Shown here piece by piece: positions 10,514 to 20,508 of a DNA stretch of 64,000 nucleotides. The notes beneath the pieces were generated by a model, which saw only the letters and a list, made by a program, of their open reading frames with translations, had not been told where the DNA came from and did no database searches. The stretch's first letter is position 1. Each line of letters opens with the position of its first letter. The position numbers and the translations under genes are program-made. Source of the DNA: Candidatus Kapaibacterium sp. (GTDB lineage Bacteria > Bacteroidota > Ignavibacteria > Kapaibacteriales > UBA2268); assembly GCA_963665665.1 (NCBI GenBank), contig OY762428.1, positions 1,952,001 through 2,016,000 of the forward strand. The letters are read 5' to 3'.

Positions 10514-12688
10514 TTACCTTACTTCAGCGCCAAGGCCGATTTCCGGATTCTCCGGAGTCATCACGCAGAGCTTGCCTTCCTCGTTGCTCGCGGCAAGTAT
10601 CATTCCCTGGCTTTCCACGCCCATCAGTTTGGCCGGTTTCAGGTTTACAACCACCGAAACAACCTTGCCGATTAGTTCTTCCGGTTTGTAGTGTTCTGCT
10701 ATTCCGGCAACTATCTGCCTTTGTTCCGCTCCAAAGTCCACCTGGAGTTTGAACAGCTTCTTTGATTTCTTGATCTTCTCGGCGCTGATAATTTTTCCGG
10801 TACGAATTTTTACTTTCATAAAATCGTCGAATTCTATCAGTTCGTAAACCGGTTTTTCCGGCGCATTCTTCTCGCCGAGCTTGGCTGTTTGCTCTTCAAC
10901 AAGTTTGTCCTCAATCTTTCCGAAAAGTATTTCAGGTTTGTTTATCTCCCTGCCTGATTCCAACTTCGGTAGAATAGCGGCATTAAATACATCCATACCT
11001 GGAACGCCGTTGTTTGGTAAGCCTGTTACTGCTTCCTCGTTGATCAGGCGGAAAGTTCTATCCATGCTGAAAGGCAGTATCGGAGCAAACAGAACTGCAA
11101 GCGAGCGGACAAGCTGAGCACAAACATACATGGTTTTGCCGCATTTGTCTTTATCGGTCTTGCCTGATTTCCAGGGTTCCTCGTCGTTGAAATACTTATT
11201 TGCTGCGCGGGCTATGTTCATTGTCTCGGTTATAGCGTCGCGGAAGCGGAAACGACTGTAGTTATTGTTTATCTTATTTATTCCGGAAGCTAATGAACGG
11301 AAAAGAAGAAGATCGTTTTCATTCAGCCCGGAATAATCAGCCAAATTAATTTCAGCATCAGGTTTCTCGCAGAAAATGCCGGTAAGTTTTTCCCAGCTAT
11401 CATTCAAATTTTTATAATCGCCGCTGAGTTCCGGTACTTTTCCATCAAAATTCTTATGGATGAAATGTACCGAGCGGTTAACGAAATTGCCAAGAATGGC
11501 TGCAAGTTCGTTATTGTTCCTTGCCTGGAAGTCCTTCCATGTAAAATCGGAATCCTTTGTTTCCGGGAAGTTCATTGCCAGGGTGTAGCGCAGCGCGTCG
11601 ATATATTGCGGCTCCGGCAGGTCGGCAATGAAATCTTGCAGGTCGATGCTCCAGTTGCGGGACTTGGAGAATTTCTGCCCTTCCAGGTTCAGGAATTCAT
11701 TCGCCGGAACGTTATCAGGCATAATATATCCGCCTCTGGCATGAAGAAGCGCCGGGAATATCAATGTATGAAAAACAATATTATCCTTGCCGATGAAAGC
11801 GATATATCTTGTTTCTTCATCCTGCCACCATTTTTTCCAGTCTTCGGCCCTGTCCAGTGATGCCATTAATTGCTTAGTAGCTGAAATATATCCCAGAACG
11901 GCTTCGAACCAAACGTAAAGAGCTTTACCTTCGGCTTTTTCGTCAGGTACGCCCTTAATATCATTAATCTTTACGCCCCATGTCAGGTCGCGCGTAATGG
12001 CTCTTTCTGCCAGCCCCTGTTTCAGCCAGCTTCTGGTTTGCTGGAGTACGTTGTCTTTCCAGTCTTTGGCATGGCTCTCGATATAATTTTCAAGGTATTC
12101 CTGAAATTCATTGAATTTCATATACCAGTGAACAGTTTTCCTTGCTTCGGGGGTTTTACCGGAAACAAGGCTGATCGGATTTTTCAGTTCCGTCTGGTTG
12201 TAGTATGCACCGCAGGCATCACACTGGTCGCCGCGTGCACCAGTAGTTCCGCAATTAGGGCATTCGCCCTCCACGTACCTGTCCGGCAGGAACATATTTG
12301 CTCCGGGGTCGAAGAATTGTTCTTCCTCTTTTTCAATCAGCAGGTTCTTAGCAAGCAGATCGGCAAAGAATTCGCGGGCTGTTTCGTGGTGTTCGGCAAT
12401 AGAAGTCCTGGAATAAATATCAAAAGACATCCCGAACTTCGCGAAAGCTTCTTTATTGGCATTATGGTATTTATCAATAATATCCTGAGGCTTAACTTTT
12501 TCTTTTTCTGCGGCAATAGTAATAGCCACTCCGTGCTCGTCCGAACCGCATACCCATATCATTTCCCCGCCCGAAAGCCTTGTTTTACGTGCATAAATAT
12601 CGGCTGGCAGGTAAGCACCGGCACAATGCCCAAGGTGCAGGAAACCGTTGGCATACGGCAGAGCTGAAGTTATCAATGTTCTTTTCAT
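10514..12688 (-). CDS. metG: Methionine--tRNA ligase with C-terminal tRNA-binding domain
   Basis: TSALPYANG.LHLGH (HIGH), zinc-knuckle CPNC/CDAC, KFSKS, C-terminal Trbp111-like domain; start set at MKRTLIT. Confidence 0.98.
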   Translation of the reverse strand: MKRTLITSALPYANGFLHLGHCAGAYLPADIYARKTRLSGGEMIWVCGSDEHGVAITIAAEKEKVKPQDIIDKYHNANKEAFAKFGMSFDIYSRTSIAEHHETAREFFADLLAKNLLIEKEEEQFFDPGANMFLPDRYVEGECPNCGTTGARGDQCDACGAYYNQTELKNPISLVSGKTPEARKTVHWYMKFNEFQEYLENYIESHAKDWKDNVLQQTRSWLKQGLAERAITRDLTWGVKINDIKGVPDEKAEGKALYVWFEAVLGYISATKQLMASLDRAEDWKKWWQDEETRYIAFIGKDNIVFHTLIFPALLHARGGYIMPDNVPANEFLNLEGQKFSKSRNWSIDLQDFIADLPEPQYIDALRYTLAMNFPETKDSDFTWKDFQARNNNELAAILGNFVNRSVHFIHKNFDGKVPELSGDYKNLNDSWEKLTGIFCEKPDAEINLADYSGLNENDLLLFRSLASGINKINNNYSRFRFRDAITETMNIARAANKYFNDEEPWKSGKTDKDKCGKTMYVCAQLVRSLAVLFAPILPFSMDRTFRLINEEAVTGLPNNGVPGMDVFNAAILPKLESGREINKPEILFGKIEDKLVEEQTAKLGEKNAPEKPVYELIEFDDFMKVKIRTGKIISAEKIKKSKKLFKLQVDFGAEQRQIVAGIAEHYKPEELIGKVVSVVVNLKPAKLMGVESQGMILAASNEEGKLCVMTPENPEIGLGAEVR

Positions 12689-12858
12689 TAAAATCCACAA
12701 TCAAATATTTGTTACATTTTTTTCAATTTCAACATTTTTTTCAATTTCAATCATATTCAAATCCAATAAGTATAAGAACTACAAAGATAAGCTATTCGGA
12801 CGGATAATGAAAATCCGAGCTTTATACTGAATTGGGTGTGAATGGTTTTCTATAATAT

Positions 12859-13776
12859 TTATTCTCCGCCTGCTCCCGGTTTGCCTTCTTTCTTGTTGTA
12901 GTAATAGCGGGTTGTAGGATATGCAAAATCTATATCGTCATGTTTTGCAAAGCCATCCAGCAAATCCTCCCATACTATCTGGTGACTGTCCCGGCGGGCT
13001 TTTATATTGCAGGGATAACGGGCGGTAAGCATAACCCCGCTATCCTTAACTGATGTATATACAACCGGCATAATATTCTGATCCAGCAATAAATATTCCC
13101 CGGAAAGTTTCTCAAGTTCCCCGGCTGCTTCAAGGCTAAGGTCCATTGCATGGCGGTTTACCACAGCCTCGATTATTTCCTTGGCTTTTTTCCAGTTGCT
13201 TTCGAATGTTACAAGTACGCCAATTTCATTCCACACAAAGCTGAAACCCTTATTATAATTATATTGCATTTCAAGGAATACTTTACCATTGGGTATCATT
13301 ATCATTCTGCCTGTATGCTGGTCTGCGTCAACCCAATTACCAATTTCCATTACCGTGAACTGGAAAATTCGCTGATCGATAATATCACCTGAAACATCCC
13401 CGATCTGAACCCTGTCCCCAACAGCGAATGGTTTGCGCCAGATGATAAAAAGCCATCCGGCAAGGTTTACAAGCGGATCTTTCAATGCAATTGCTATACC
13501 TGCCGAAAGCAAACCTACAAATGTACCGACAGAACGTGCCTCCTCGGACCATATTCCTGCAACGATAACGATGCCAACAGCCACAAAAATATAAGTAGTA
13601 TATTTCCTCCAGTTATATATTATCCTGGATTCGTGAGACTGGCGCCGGACAATTCTCAGAATAATCCAGCGTATCAGCACAAGTATTAAAATAAAAACAA
13701 CAGATGTCAGTAGGTTTGCAGCGAGCTGAGAAGTCAGTAATAGTTCATAATCAGCAAAAGAATTTAATTTATCCAT
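12859..13776 (-). CDS. Small-conductance mechanosensitive channel (MscS family)
   Basis: GLLSAGIAIALKD, KPFAVGDRVQIG, IPNGKV and IDFAYPT motifs. Confidence 0.9.
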   Translation of the reverse strand: MDKLNSFADYELLLTSQLAANLLTSVVFILILVLIRWIILRIVRRQSHESRIIYNWRKYTTYIFVAVGIVIVAGIWSEEARSVGTFVGLLSAGIAIALKDPLVNLAGWLFIIWRKPFAVGDRVQIGDVSGDIIDQRIFQFTVMEIGNWVDADQHTGRMIMIPNGKVFLEMQYNYNKGFSFVWNEIGVLVTFESNWKKAKEIIEAVVNRHAMDLSLEAAGELEKLSGEYLLLDQNIMPVVYTSVKDSGVMLTARYPCNIKARRDSHQIVWEDLLDGFAKHDDIDFAYPTTRYYYNKKEGKPGAGGE

Positions 13777-13903
13777 AGATCACCGGAATAGCTAATTCAG
13801 AAAACAAAGTTGCATTTATTGAAAAATAGTAAAAAACATTATTCTACCAAAGAAAATCCCCTCCGGATATTTGCCGGAAGGGAGTGATTTTTTAAACACA
13901 ATC

Positions 13904-14341
13904 TTATGATACCTTACCGCTTATGTAATCATAAAGATACTTCTTCTCGTCGCGGACCTGTGTAAGAAGCGACTTAACAACATCGCCTATAGAAATCATA
14001 CCAACAAGGCGTTTTTCACTAAGAATAGGCAGGTGGCGGATGTGATTGCTTGTCATTACTGATTCAACATACTCAATATCGTCTTCGGGTTCGGCAATAA
14101 TTAGTTTTTCGGTCATTATTTTGTTAACCGGAAAATTCCGAAATTCATCGGGGAATTCATGCCCTGCTTTTAGAATGTCCCTTTCAGTAATAATTCCTAC
14201 CATTCTGCCTTCGGCGTTTAGAACAAGTAGGGCGCCGATATTATTAACCACCATTACTTCCCTGGCATCGGCTACTGTTTTTTCGTCACCAATAGTCATA
14301 ACCTGGGGGCCTTTTGCTTTCAGAATGTCTTTTACTTTCAT
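13904..14341 (-). CDS. CBS-domain pair protein
   Basis: MKVKDILKAKG start; NIGALLV..GIITERD and HIRHLPI..GMISIGD motifs. Confidence 0.9.
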   Translation of the reverse strand: MKVKDILKAKGPQVMTIGDEKTVADAREVMVVNNIGALLVLNAEGRMVGIITERDILKAGHEFPDEFRNFPVNKIMTEKLIIAEPEDDIEYVESVMTSNHIRHLPILSEKRLVGMISIGDVVKSLLTQVRDEKKYLYDYISGKVS

Positions 14342-14911
14342 AATATCTCCATAAGTATATTTATTATTTTGGTTTATATTGTATTTATTAATCGAATCAA
14401 GAGACAATTTATTTTTAATGTTACCCGGATACCAAATATAAACTTCATCGATTAGTTCCACTTGAAAAAACTATAAAAGTTGAGAATAAAATAGTATCAA
14501 TATATTATTGAAAGGCATAGGTATAAATTGGTTATTGGGGAATTACAATATAATATCCGTATTAGCGTTGCCTAATTATATTGTTCGTTGACAATAATAT
14601 TATAGATGTACCGGAATATTATATTCTGGATCAAAAATGTCATCCTCTGATTATTTTTAAAACATCACTACTGATAATTCCTGTAAAAAAGGTATCCCCG
14701 GAATTTGTTTTATAAAAAAACATTCCTTTAAAAAAAATTATATCTTTTTTATTACTCCAAAGGAATGTGTATAGTCAAGGCTTTTACAATGTTAAATTGC
14801 CATGAAATAAATGAATACAATATTTTTTTGAAACCCTCTTGATGAATTATCGTATTTCCAAGTAGAACTTGAATTTAGAAACAATGTAACACTTAACATA
14901 CAGGAGCAGAC

Positions 14912-15277
14912 ATGACAAGCAGGATTACAAAACTTTTCGCAGCAGCAGCAGTAGTAATGGTTCTTTTCGCCGGATATTCATTCGCGGCAGATAAAGTTCA
15001 GAAAGAAACTACAATCAAAACATCAGCTTTCACATGGGAAAGCAAGAACTCTCTTGAAAACGAGATCAACGATATTGAAGGTGTAACAGATGCATACCTC
15101 GACATCGACGAGCAGGTTTTCACAATAACATACGACGGTGAGAAAGTTTCAGCAGACCAGTTAGTTTACACAATAACAGACCTTGGATATACGGCAGAAG
15201 TAATGGAAACAAAAGACCTGAAAAAGAAAGACGACAATAAAGCATCGGCAAAGATCAAAGAACCGAGCATGAACTAA
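14912..15277 (+). CDS. Secreted HMA-fold (heavy-metal-associated-like) protein lacking CxxC
   Basis: Signal peptide; IEGVTDAYLD..TITYD...ITDLGYTAE HMA pattern; no cysteines. Confidence 0.65.
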   Translation: MTSRITKLFAAAAVVMVLFAGYSFAADKVQKETTIKTSAFTWESKNSLENEINDIEGVTDAYLDIDEQVFTITYDGEKVSADQLVYTITDLGYTAEVMETKDLKKKDDNKASAKIKEPSMN

Positions 15278-15300
15278 CTGATGATAGGCATAAGTTAAAG

Positions 15301-15328
15301 AAACCGGCTTGCGAGCCGGTTTTTTTTA
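15301..15328 (+). terminator. Intrinsic terminator
   Basis: aaaccggct-tgcg-agccggttt followed by a T-tract. Confidence 0.8.
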
Positions 15329-15360
15329 TGCACATATATTCATTGTTCTAAGTGCATAAA

Positions 15361-15391
15361 TAAAAAATAAAGGCAAACCGAAGTCTGCCTC
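15361..15391 (-). terminator. Intrinsic terminator of the 15446-15568 small ORF unit
   Basis: Minus strand AGGCAGAC-TTCG-GTTTGCCT-TTATTTTT. Confidence 0.7.
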
Positions 15392-15445
15392 TATTTTTAG
15401 TTGCTTTATTGCAACTCGTGGGGGGGGGATGTTATTTTATTGGCT

Positions 15446-15568
15446 TTATAGTAAAAACAGCGCCGAAAATGTTGCAGCAGAGATCGATACTGCATACAGC
15501 AGAAGCAGTACGTTTTCTTTCTTCAGCGGTTTTTCTTCTATACTTATTTTAATCGTTCCGTTATTCAT
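15446..15568 (-). CDS. Unannotated 40-aa small membrane protein (MNNGTIKISIEEKPLKKENVLLLLYAVSISAATFSALFLL)
   Basis: GGAGG SD 6 nt before the ATG, a single C-terminal hydrophobic helix, and its own promoter and terminator. Confidence 0.65.
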   Translation of the reverse strand: MNNGTIKISIEEKPLKKENVLLLLYAVSISAATFSALFLL

Positions 15569-15614
15569 ATATTCCTCCGTTCAAATTTCCATTATCAAAT
15601 ACACAATACTTATA

Positions 15615-15630
15615 TCAATTGCCGTGCCAA
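15615..15630 (-). promoter_or_regulatory. Sigma54-type -24/-12 promoter
   Basis: TTGGCACGGCAATTGA compared with consensus TGGCACG-N4-TTGC. Confidence 0.65.
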
Positions 15631-15791
15631 ATATGGCGCAATAGCAACTCTTGTGTTTATATATAATTATGGGCATCCAAATCTAAGGTAGGGCGCAATT
15701 CTTTCAATTTCAGGCGTTATTACCACTGGCTTGAACCTCGAAAAAACTTTGGAAACATATACGGCAACAGCCTGCTTTTTTCCAATCTAAC

Positions 15792-16193
15792 TTATTCTTC
15801 CGAATTAACAAGAATTCTGAATCCTCCGTAGGCCATTCTGTCGGCGTTAAAAATCAATTTTTCGGGATTGGTAAGTGGCGCTATTATTTCTGCCATTCTC
15901 AGGTCTGTGGGTACTTTTTCGTTGGCCGAATCGCGTATCTCCTTTGAAGGAAACACAACCCAGCCAAAAACGATCAGCTCATCTTCTTTTGCAGCAACAG
16001 CTTCTATGAAGGATTTAGTACCTTATAATTACATGTCATCACCAACGAATTCGTAGTAGGCAATAGCGCCATACTCTTTCCAAATTTCAGCAACTTTTTC
16101 AGCCGCCTTTTTGTATTCGTCTATATAAATCCGTGGTATCGATAGAATGAAGCCGTCTATGTAGTTTGTCATAATTTTATCTTCAGTGTTCAT
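15792..16193 (-). pseudogene. DUF1428 (YbaA-like) pseudogene with two in-frame TAA stops
   Basis: YIDGF...WKEYGA..Y.EFVGDDM*L*GTKSF...VFGWVVFPSKEIRD...RMAYGGF, one continuous frame. Confidence 0.8.
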
Positions 16194-16508
16194 GTTTTGT
16201 GTGGGTTGGTGGGTGATTGTAGAAACAGTTAAATTATCATAAATCATAATATTAATCAAGATTCGAATCACAACCCCTATTTTATCTCCAATACATTTAT
16301 CATGATGAGCGGAGCAAATCTTGCAAAAACATAATAAAACTTAATATACAAATAAATCTGATAATATTCAGCTTATCCTTCTGTTTTTATTTGTTTTTAC
16401 GATTAATAAAAATCATCCTCTAAGCTTCTTTTACGGAACTTATTTGCAGAAATTCAGTTAATATTGTAGGTGTTAATGTATTTTTGAAATTGTCTGAGTG
16501 GAGTTAAC

Positions 16509-17420
16509 GTGCGTTTTATCATTTTTGTATTAATTGTTGTACTTGCAAACACCTACTATTTATTTGGCCAGGAAATTGAAGAAGTTACTATCGGCTCGCA
16601 AACCTGGATGGCTAAGAACCTTGATGTGGTAACTTACCGAAATGGCGACACTATCCCCAGGGTTACTGATCCGAAAGCTCTTTACACCAGAACTTACGGA
16701 GCCTGGATGTATTACAATAATGATCCTGCGAATGGAGAAATCTATGGTAAAATATATAACGGATATGCTGTTCTTGACCCAAGGGGCCTGGCGCCGGAGG
16801 GCTGGCATATTCCGCTTAATAAAGAATGGAAAACACTCGAGATTTATTTAGGAATGAGTCAGGAAGAAGCTGACAAAACCGGCTATCATAGAGGTACAAA
16901 TGAGGGATCGAAACTTGCCGGAGGATCTAATCTGTGGATTGACGGGGATCTGAAGAATAATAATGAATTCGGAAAAAGTTCGTTTAACGGCCTCCCCGGA
17001 GGATACCAGTTATATAAATCCAGGAATTTAGGAGAAACCGCTATGTGGTGGTCTTCTTCATTGAAACTGTCATCTGATTCAGTTCTTTCTATCAGGCATT
17101 TGGAAGCTACTGACAGCAGCATTGTCAGCGATGCCATATTTTTATTTGCCGGTTGCTATGTACGCTGTATAAAAGGGCCGCCCCTTAGCGTAAATTGTAA
17201 TAACCCCGGTGATATTAACATAAAAATTTACCCCAACCCGGCACAGGACGAAATCCATATCTTAAAATATGAAGGCCGGATAGCTATCTTCAATTCCCTC
17301 GGTATTGAAGTCTGGAATGGCTATGTTCAGGAAGGCGCTTCAATTGATATTTCCGGATTCGCCGAAGGCTGCTATATTGTAAGAATGAAAGATAGGATCG
17401 CTAAGTTTATCAAGTGGTGA
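16509..17420 (+). CDS. Fibrobacter succinogenes major paralogous (FISUMP) domain protein with T9SS CTD
   Basis: VTIGSQTWMAKNL, YGKIYN, LAPEGWHIP, WWSSS and YVRCIK motifs; CTD IYPNPA...GCYIV..KFIK. Confidence 0.85.
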   Translation: MRFIIFVLIVVLANTYYLFGQEIEEVTIGSQTWMAKNLDVVTYRNGDTIPRVTDPKALYTRTYGAWMYYNNDPANGEIYGKIYNGYAVLDPRGLAPEGWHIPLNKEWKTLEIYLGMSQEEADKTGYHRGTNEGSKLAGGSNLWIDGDLKNNNEFGKSSFNGLPGGYQLYKSRNLGETAMWWSSSLKLSSDSVLSIRHLEATDSSIVSDAIFLFAGCYVRCIKGPPLSVNCNNPGDINIKIYPNPAQDEIHILKYEGRIAIFNSLGIEVWNGYVQEGASIDISGFAEGCYIVRMKDRIAKFIKW

Positions 17421-17437
17421 TCTGATTAAGTAGTTTA

Positions 17438-17779
17438 TTACTTGAAATATTTCAGGATACGCTCTCTGTTCTCAAGCGCTTTTTGTGATTTGTGGTATAA
17501 TTCAATAAAGACAATTCTGTTCTCTTCTTCGAACCAGGCATATACTAACCTGAATCCCGACTGTACGCCCTTGCCTTTGAAACTTTTACTGGCAATCTTA
17601 TTCACTTTGATCGTGCAACTTTCTATGCCAAGATCGCTGATCCGGTAACTGAACGGAGGCCTTGCATCCGGTTTTACTTTTAGAACCTTCTTTACTACTT
17701 CAACGTCGTCGTATATGGTTTTGTATTTTTTTGAAAGTTTCTTTATATCTTTCCGGTATTCTTTTAGCTCTTCAAACAT
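17438..17779 (-). CDS. RelE/ParE-like toxin
   Basis: Basic 113-aa protein with KDIKKLSKKY and KGVQSGFRLVY..IVFIELYHKS motifs; starts 2 nt after the antitoxin stop. Confidence 0.7.
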   Translation of the reverse strand: MFEELKEYRKDIKKLSKKYKTIYDDVEVVKKVLKVKPDARPPFSYRISDLGIESCTIKVNKIASKSFKGKGVQSGFRLVYAWFEEENRIVFIELYHKSQKALENRERILKYFK

Positions 17780-17781
17780 TA

Positions 17782-18570
17782 TCAGCCATTATCTCCGGAA
17801 TCGTTATAATTTCTTGCTGAAAAAGGCTCTTCACGGTAAAAAGCCAGTTCATAGTCAATTATTTCGCCGTCTTCGGAGGCCAGCCAGGGCATATCTTTGT
17901 GGGAGTATTCGCTGATCTTTGCTGCTGTCCAGTCTGAATATTTTTCGATTACTTTATCAAGAACATCTTTCTCATGCGCCCGAAGTTTTCTGAGATCAGC
18001 TTCCTGAAGCGCTATATGCCTTGTTTGCGGGTAAGAAAGAAATTGCGTTTCAAATCGTAGAATTTGCCCCTGTTTTACCATATAATTCAATATGCTTTCA
18101 ATATCTTCCGGTACCGGTCCGTAAGGTAGTTTTTTATATATTGCCCCGCTCAGGTGTTCTTCATAAATTTCATAGAAATCAAAATCAGAAAAATAGAGTA
18201 TCTTGTTTAGAACTGTTTTGCCAAAGTTAGCCTTTCCTCCACACTTGTTTAGGATGTAGAGCAGAATGTTTTTGAATTTATCCATATCCATTGTTGGCAC
18301 AGAAATCCTTGTATCATCTTTACTTTCAGAATTTTCTTCAAATTTTATCTCAGGCGCTTTAAATTCATCAGCAAGAATTTTCTCAATGGAAATTTCAAGA
18401 ATATCAGTAATTTTTCTCAATTCTATTGCTTTCAGGTTTCTATTCCCTAACTCAATCTGGGTCATGGTAGATCTTTTCATATCCAATAATGCAGCCAATT
18501 GTTCCTGGGATAGTCCCCTGTTCTGACGAATCCCGGATATTCTTTTTCCAATTTCTTTTTCTGTTATCAT
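17782..18570 (-). CDS. XRE HTH + DUF4065 (SocA/Panacea) antitoxin
   Basis: N-terminal HTH (LSQEQLA...IELGNR); KTVLNKILYFSDF, YGPVP and YSHKDMPW motifs. Confidence 0.85.
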   Translation of the reverse strand: MITEKEIGKRISGIRQNRGLSQEQLAALLDMKRSTMTQIELGNRNLKAIELRKITDILEISIEKILADEFKAPEIKFEENSESKDDTRISVPTMDMDKFKNILLYILNKCGGKANFGKTVLNKILYFSDFDFYEIYEEHLSGAIYKKLPYGPVPEDIESILNYMVKQGQILRFETQFLSYPQTRHIALQEADLRKLRAHEKDVLDKVIEKYSDWTAAKISEYSHKDMPWLASEDGEIIDYELAFYREEPFSARNYNDSGDNG

Positions 18571-18902
18571 ATTTTCTCCTGTTCTTTTATGCTAAAATAC
18601 ATAATGTTATATTTTCATACAATATATTGTTGCATTATCTAACAGTAAAACGAAATATGTATGTTTTTCTTGTGATATGATTTGAATTAAATAACTTTAT
18701 AACTGCCATATTAAGTTCAAAATAAAATACTAATATTTTGATAATTGCTGAAAAATGAATATATTATACGTAGTATAATGAGGTGTTTTATAGTTTTGCC
18801 AAATCATCATTCTGGTATTCCATGGTGAAAATGCAATAATTGAATAGTTGAGATTTATAATAAATATTTTGATAAAATTAATGTTTTCTTATAAGGTGAG
18901 AT

Positions 18903-19430
18903 ATGAAAAGAATGATACTGTTTATTGCAATTTTATTATTTGTTTGGGGAATTTCCGGCTTGCAGGCTGCTTCAAAAATTGAAGTATTCGACCAGGCAAA
19001 GGAATCAGTAGTTAAGATTAAAACATTTTCAAAACCGAAATTTACCGGATTTCAGGCTGTTGGCCAGGGCAGCGGTTATGTTATTGATCCCGATGGTTAT
19101 ATTATTACTAATTATCATGTAGTTGAAGACGCACTGGGAATAATTGTTTACCATAGTGATAATTCAGAAGAAGATACTCTTGCCGCCCGGGTGATAGTCA
19201 GCAACGAGGATATTGATATCGCTGTTTTAAAAGTTGAGAAGAATAATATGAAAGCACTGAAAGTTGCTGACAGTGCTGATATACGGCAGGGGCAGGAAAT
19301 ACTTGTGCTTGGCTATCCCGCGGCTGCAAAAAATTCCGATCTGATAAAAGTAACATGGGGAATAGCAGAATACAGGAATGCTGTTAACGAGTGGTCAAGC
19401 TTCAATATCGGAGCAGGTGTTTTCCTGTAA
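18903..19430 (+). pseudogene. Truncated or internally deleted trypsin-like (HtrA-type) serine protease
   Basis: GSGYVI..YIITNYHVV (His) and DIAVLKV (Asp) are present; the ORF ends before the GNSGG catalytic Ser. Confidence 0.6.
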
Positions 19431-19583
19431 TAGTCCGGGCACTGATTTTTGTTTCGAATTTCAGCTTTTGGCTCGGGAATGAAAAATCATGTGCTTATTA
19501 GAATAACGCCGTAAATTAATATTTCATTATATTAATTATTATAATTTAGAAATATATCTAAACTTGTAAATAATATATGGTTT

Positions 19584-19670
19584 GACCTCTCCAAGCCCGC
19601 CCTGTCCAGGACTTGTCGGGATCCGAAGGAGGGGCTAACTGCAAAGCCCTCCCCTTCCGCGAGGGGTCGG
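19584..19670. repeat. REP-like GC-rich element related to 3955-3986
   Basis: gacctctccaagccc...aagccctccccttccgcgaggggtcgg. Confidence 0.45.
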
Positions 19671-19722
19671 AAACAGAATTAGAATACTCAAATAATATCC
19701 ATAAATTATTGAAAACAAAAAT

Positions 19723-20412
19723 ATGACCAAAATAAAAATACCATGCGTACAGATAGCCGGCTGCCTTGATAAAAAGGAGGCCCAATTGATGTCCCGTTCC
19801 GGGGTAGACTATATCGGGTTCCCGTTCAGGCTTGATTTTCATGCTGAGGATACAAGTGAGGAAGAAGCAGCTGACATTATTCTATCCCTCCCGAAACAAA
19901 CGCAGCCTGTATTAATTACCTACCTGAACAAGGCAGAGGATATCCGGCTCTTAATGGATAAAATGCATTGTAATGTTGTTCAGCTTCACGGGGATATTGA
20001 TTTGCCTGAGTTGAAGAAATTGAGGGCACAGGACAGCGATATAGCTGTAATAAAAAGCATAATTATCAATAACGATGATATTGACGTTTACAAAAGGCAG
20101 GTTGATATATTTGCAGGGCTGGCAGATGCATACATAACAGATACATTTGATCCCGCTACTGGTGCAAAAGGGGCTACCGGAAAAACGCACAACTGGGATA
20201 TCAGCGCCGCGATAAGAGAATACAGCCCCCAACCGCTGATACTTGCAGGCGGAATAACCCCGGATAACGTCTATGCCGCAATTAAACATGTGAAACCCGC
20301 CGGGATAGACTGCCACACAGGTGTAGAAGATTCTACGGGCAGAAAAGATAAAGCCTTTGTGGAAAAATTTGTGAACAGAGCAAGAAAAGCGTTTGAGTCA
20401 GAAATATTTTGA
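19723..20412 (+). CDS. trpF: Phosphoribosylanthranilate isomerase (stand-alone)
   Basis: VVQLHG, GATGKTHNW, LILAGGITPDNV and GIDCHTGVE..GRKD motifs. Confidence 0.85.
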   Translation: MTKIKIPCVQIAGCLDKKEAQLMSRSGVDYIGFPFRLDFHAEDTSEEEAADIILSLPKQTQPVLITYLNKAEDIRLLMDKMHCNVVQLHGDIDLPELKKLRAQDSDIAVIKSIIINNDDIDVYKRQVDIFAGLADAYITDTFDPATGAKGATGKTHNWDISAAIREYSPQPLILAGGITPDNVYAAIKHVKPAGIDCHTGVEDSTGRKDKAFVEKFVNRARKAFESEIF

Positions 20413-20454
20413 ATTTTTATACTATAATACGGCTTCCTGATAAAAAAATCAGCA

Positions 20455-20488
20455 AAAAAAAACGGGAAAACTAAACTTTCCCGTTTTT
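20455..20488. terminator. Bidirectional terminator between trpF and fbp
   Basis: aaaaaacgggaaa-actaaac-tttcccgttttt. Confidence 0.7.
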
Positions 20489-20508
20489 AAAAAGTAATAT
20501 TTACGATT

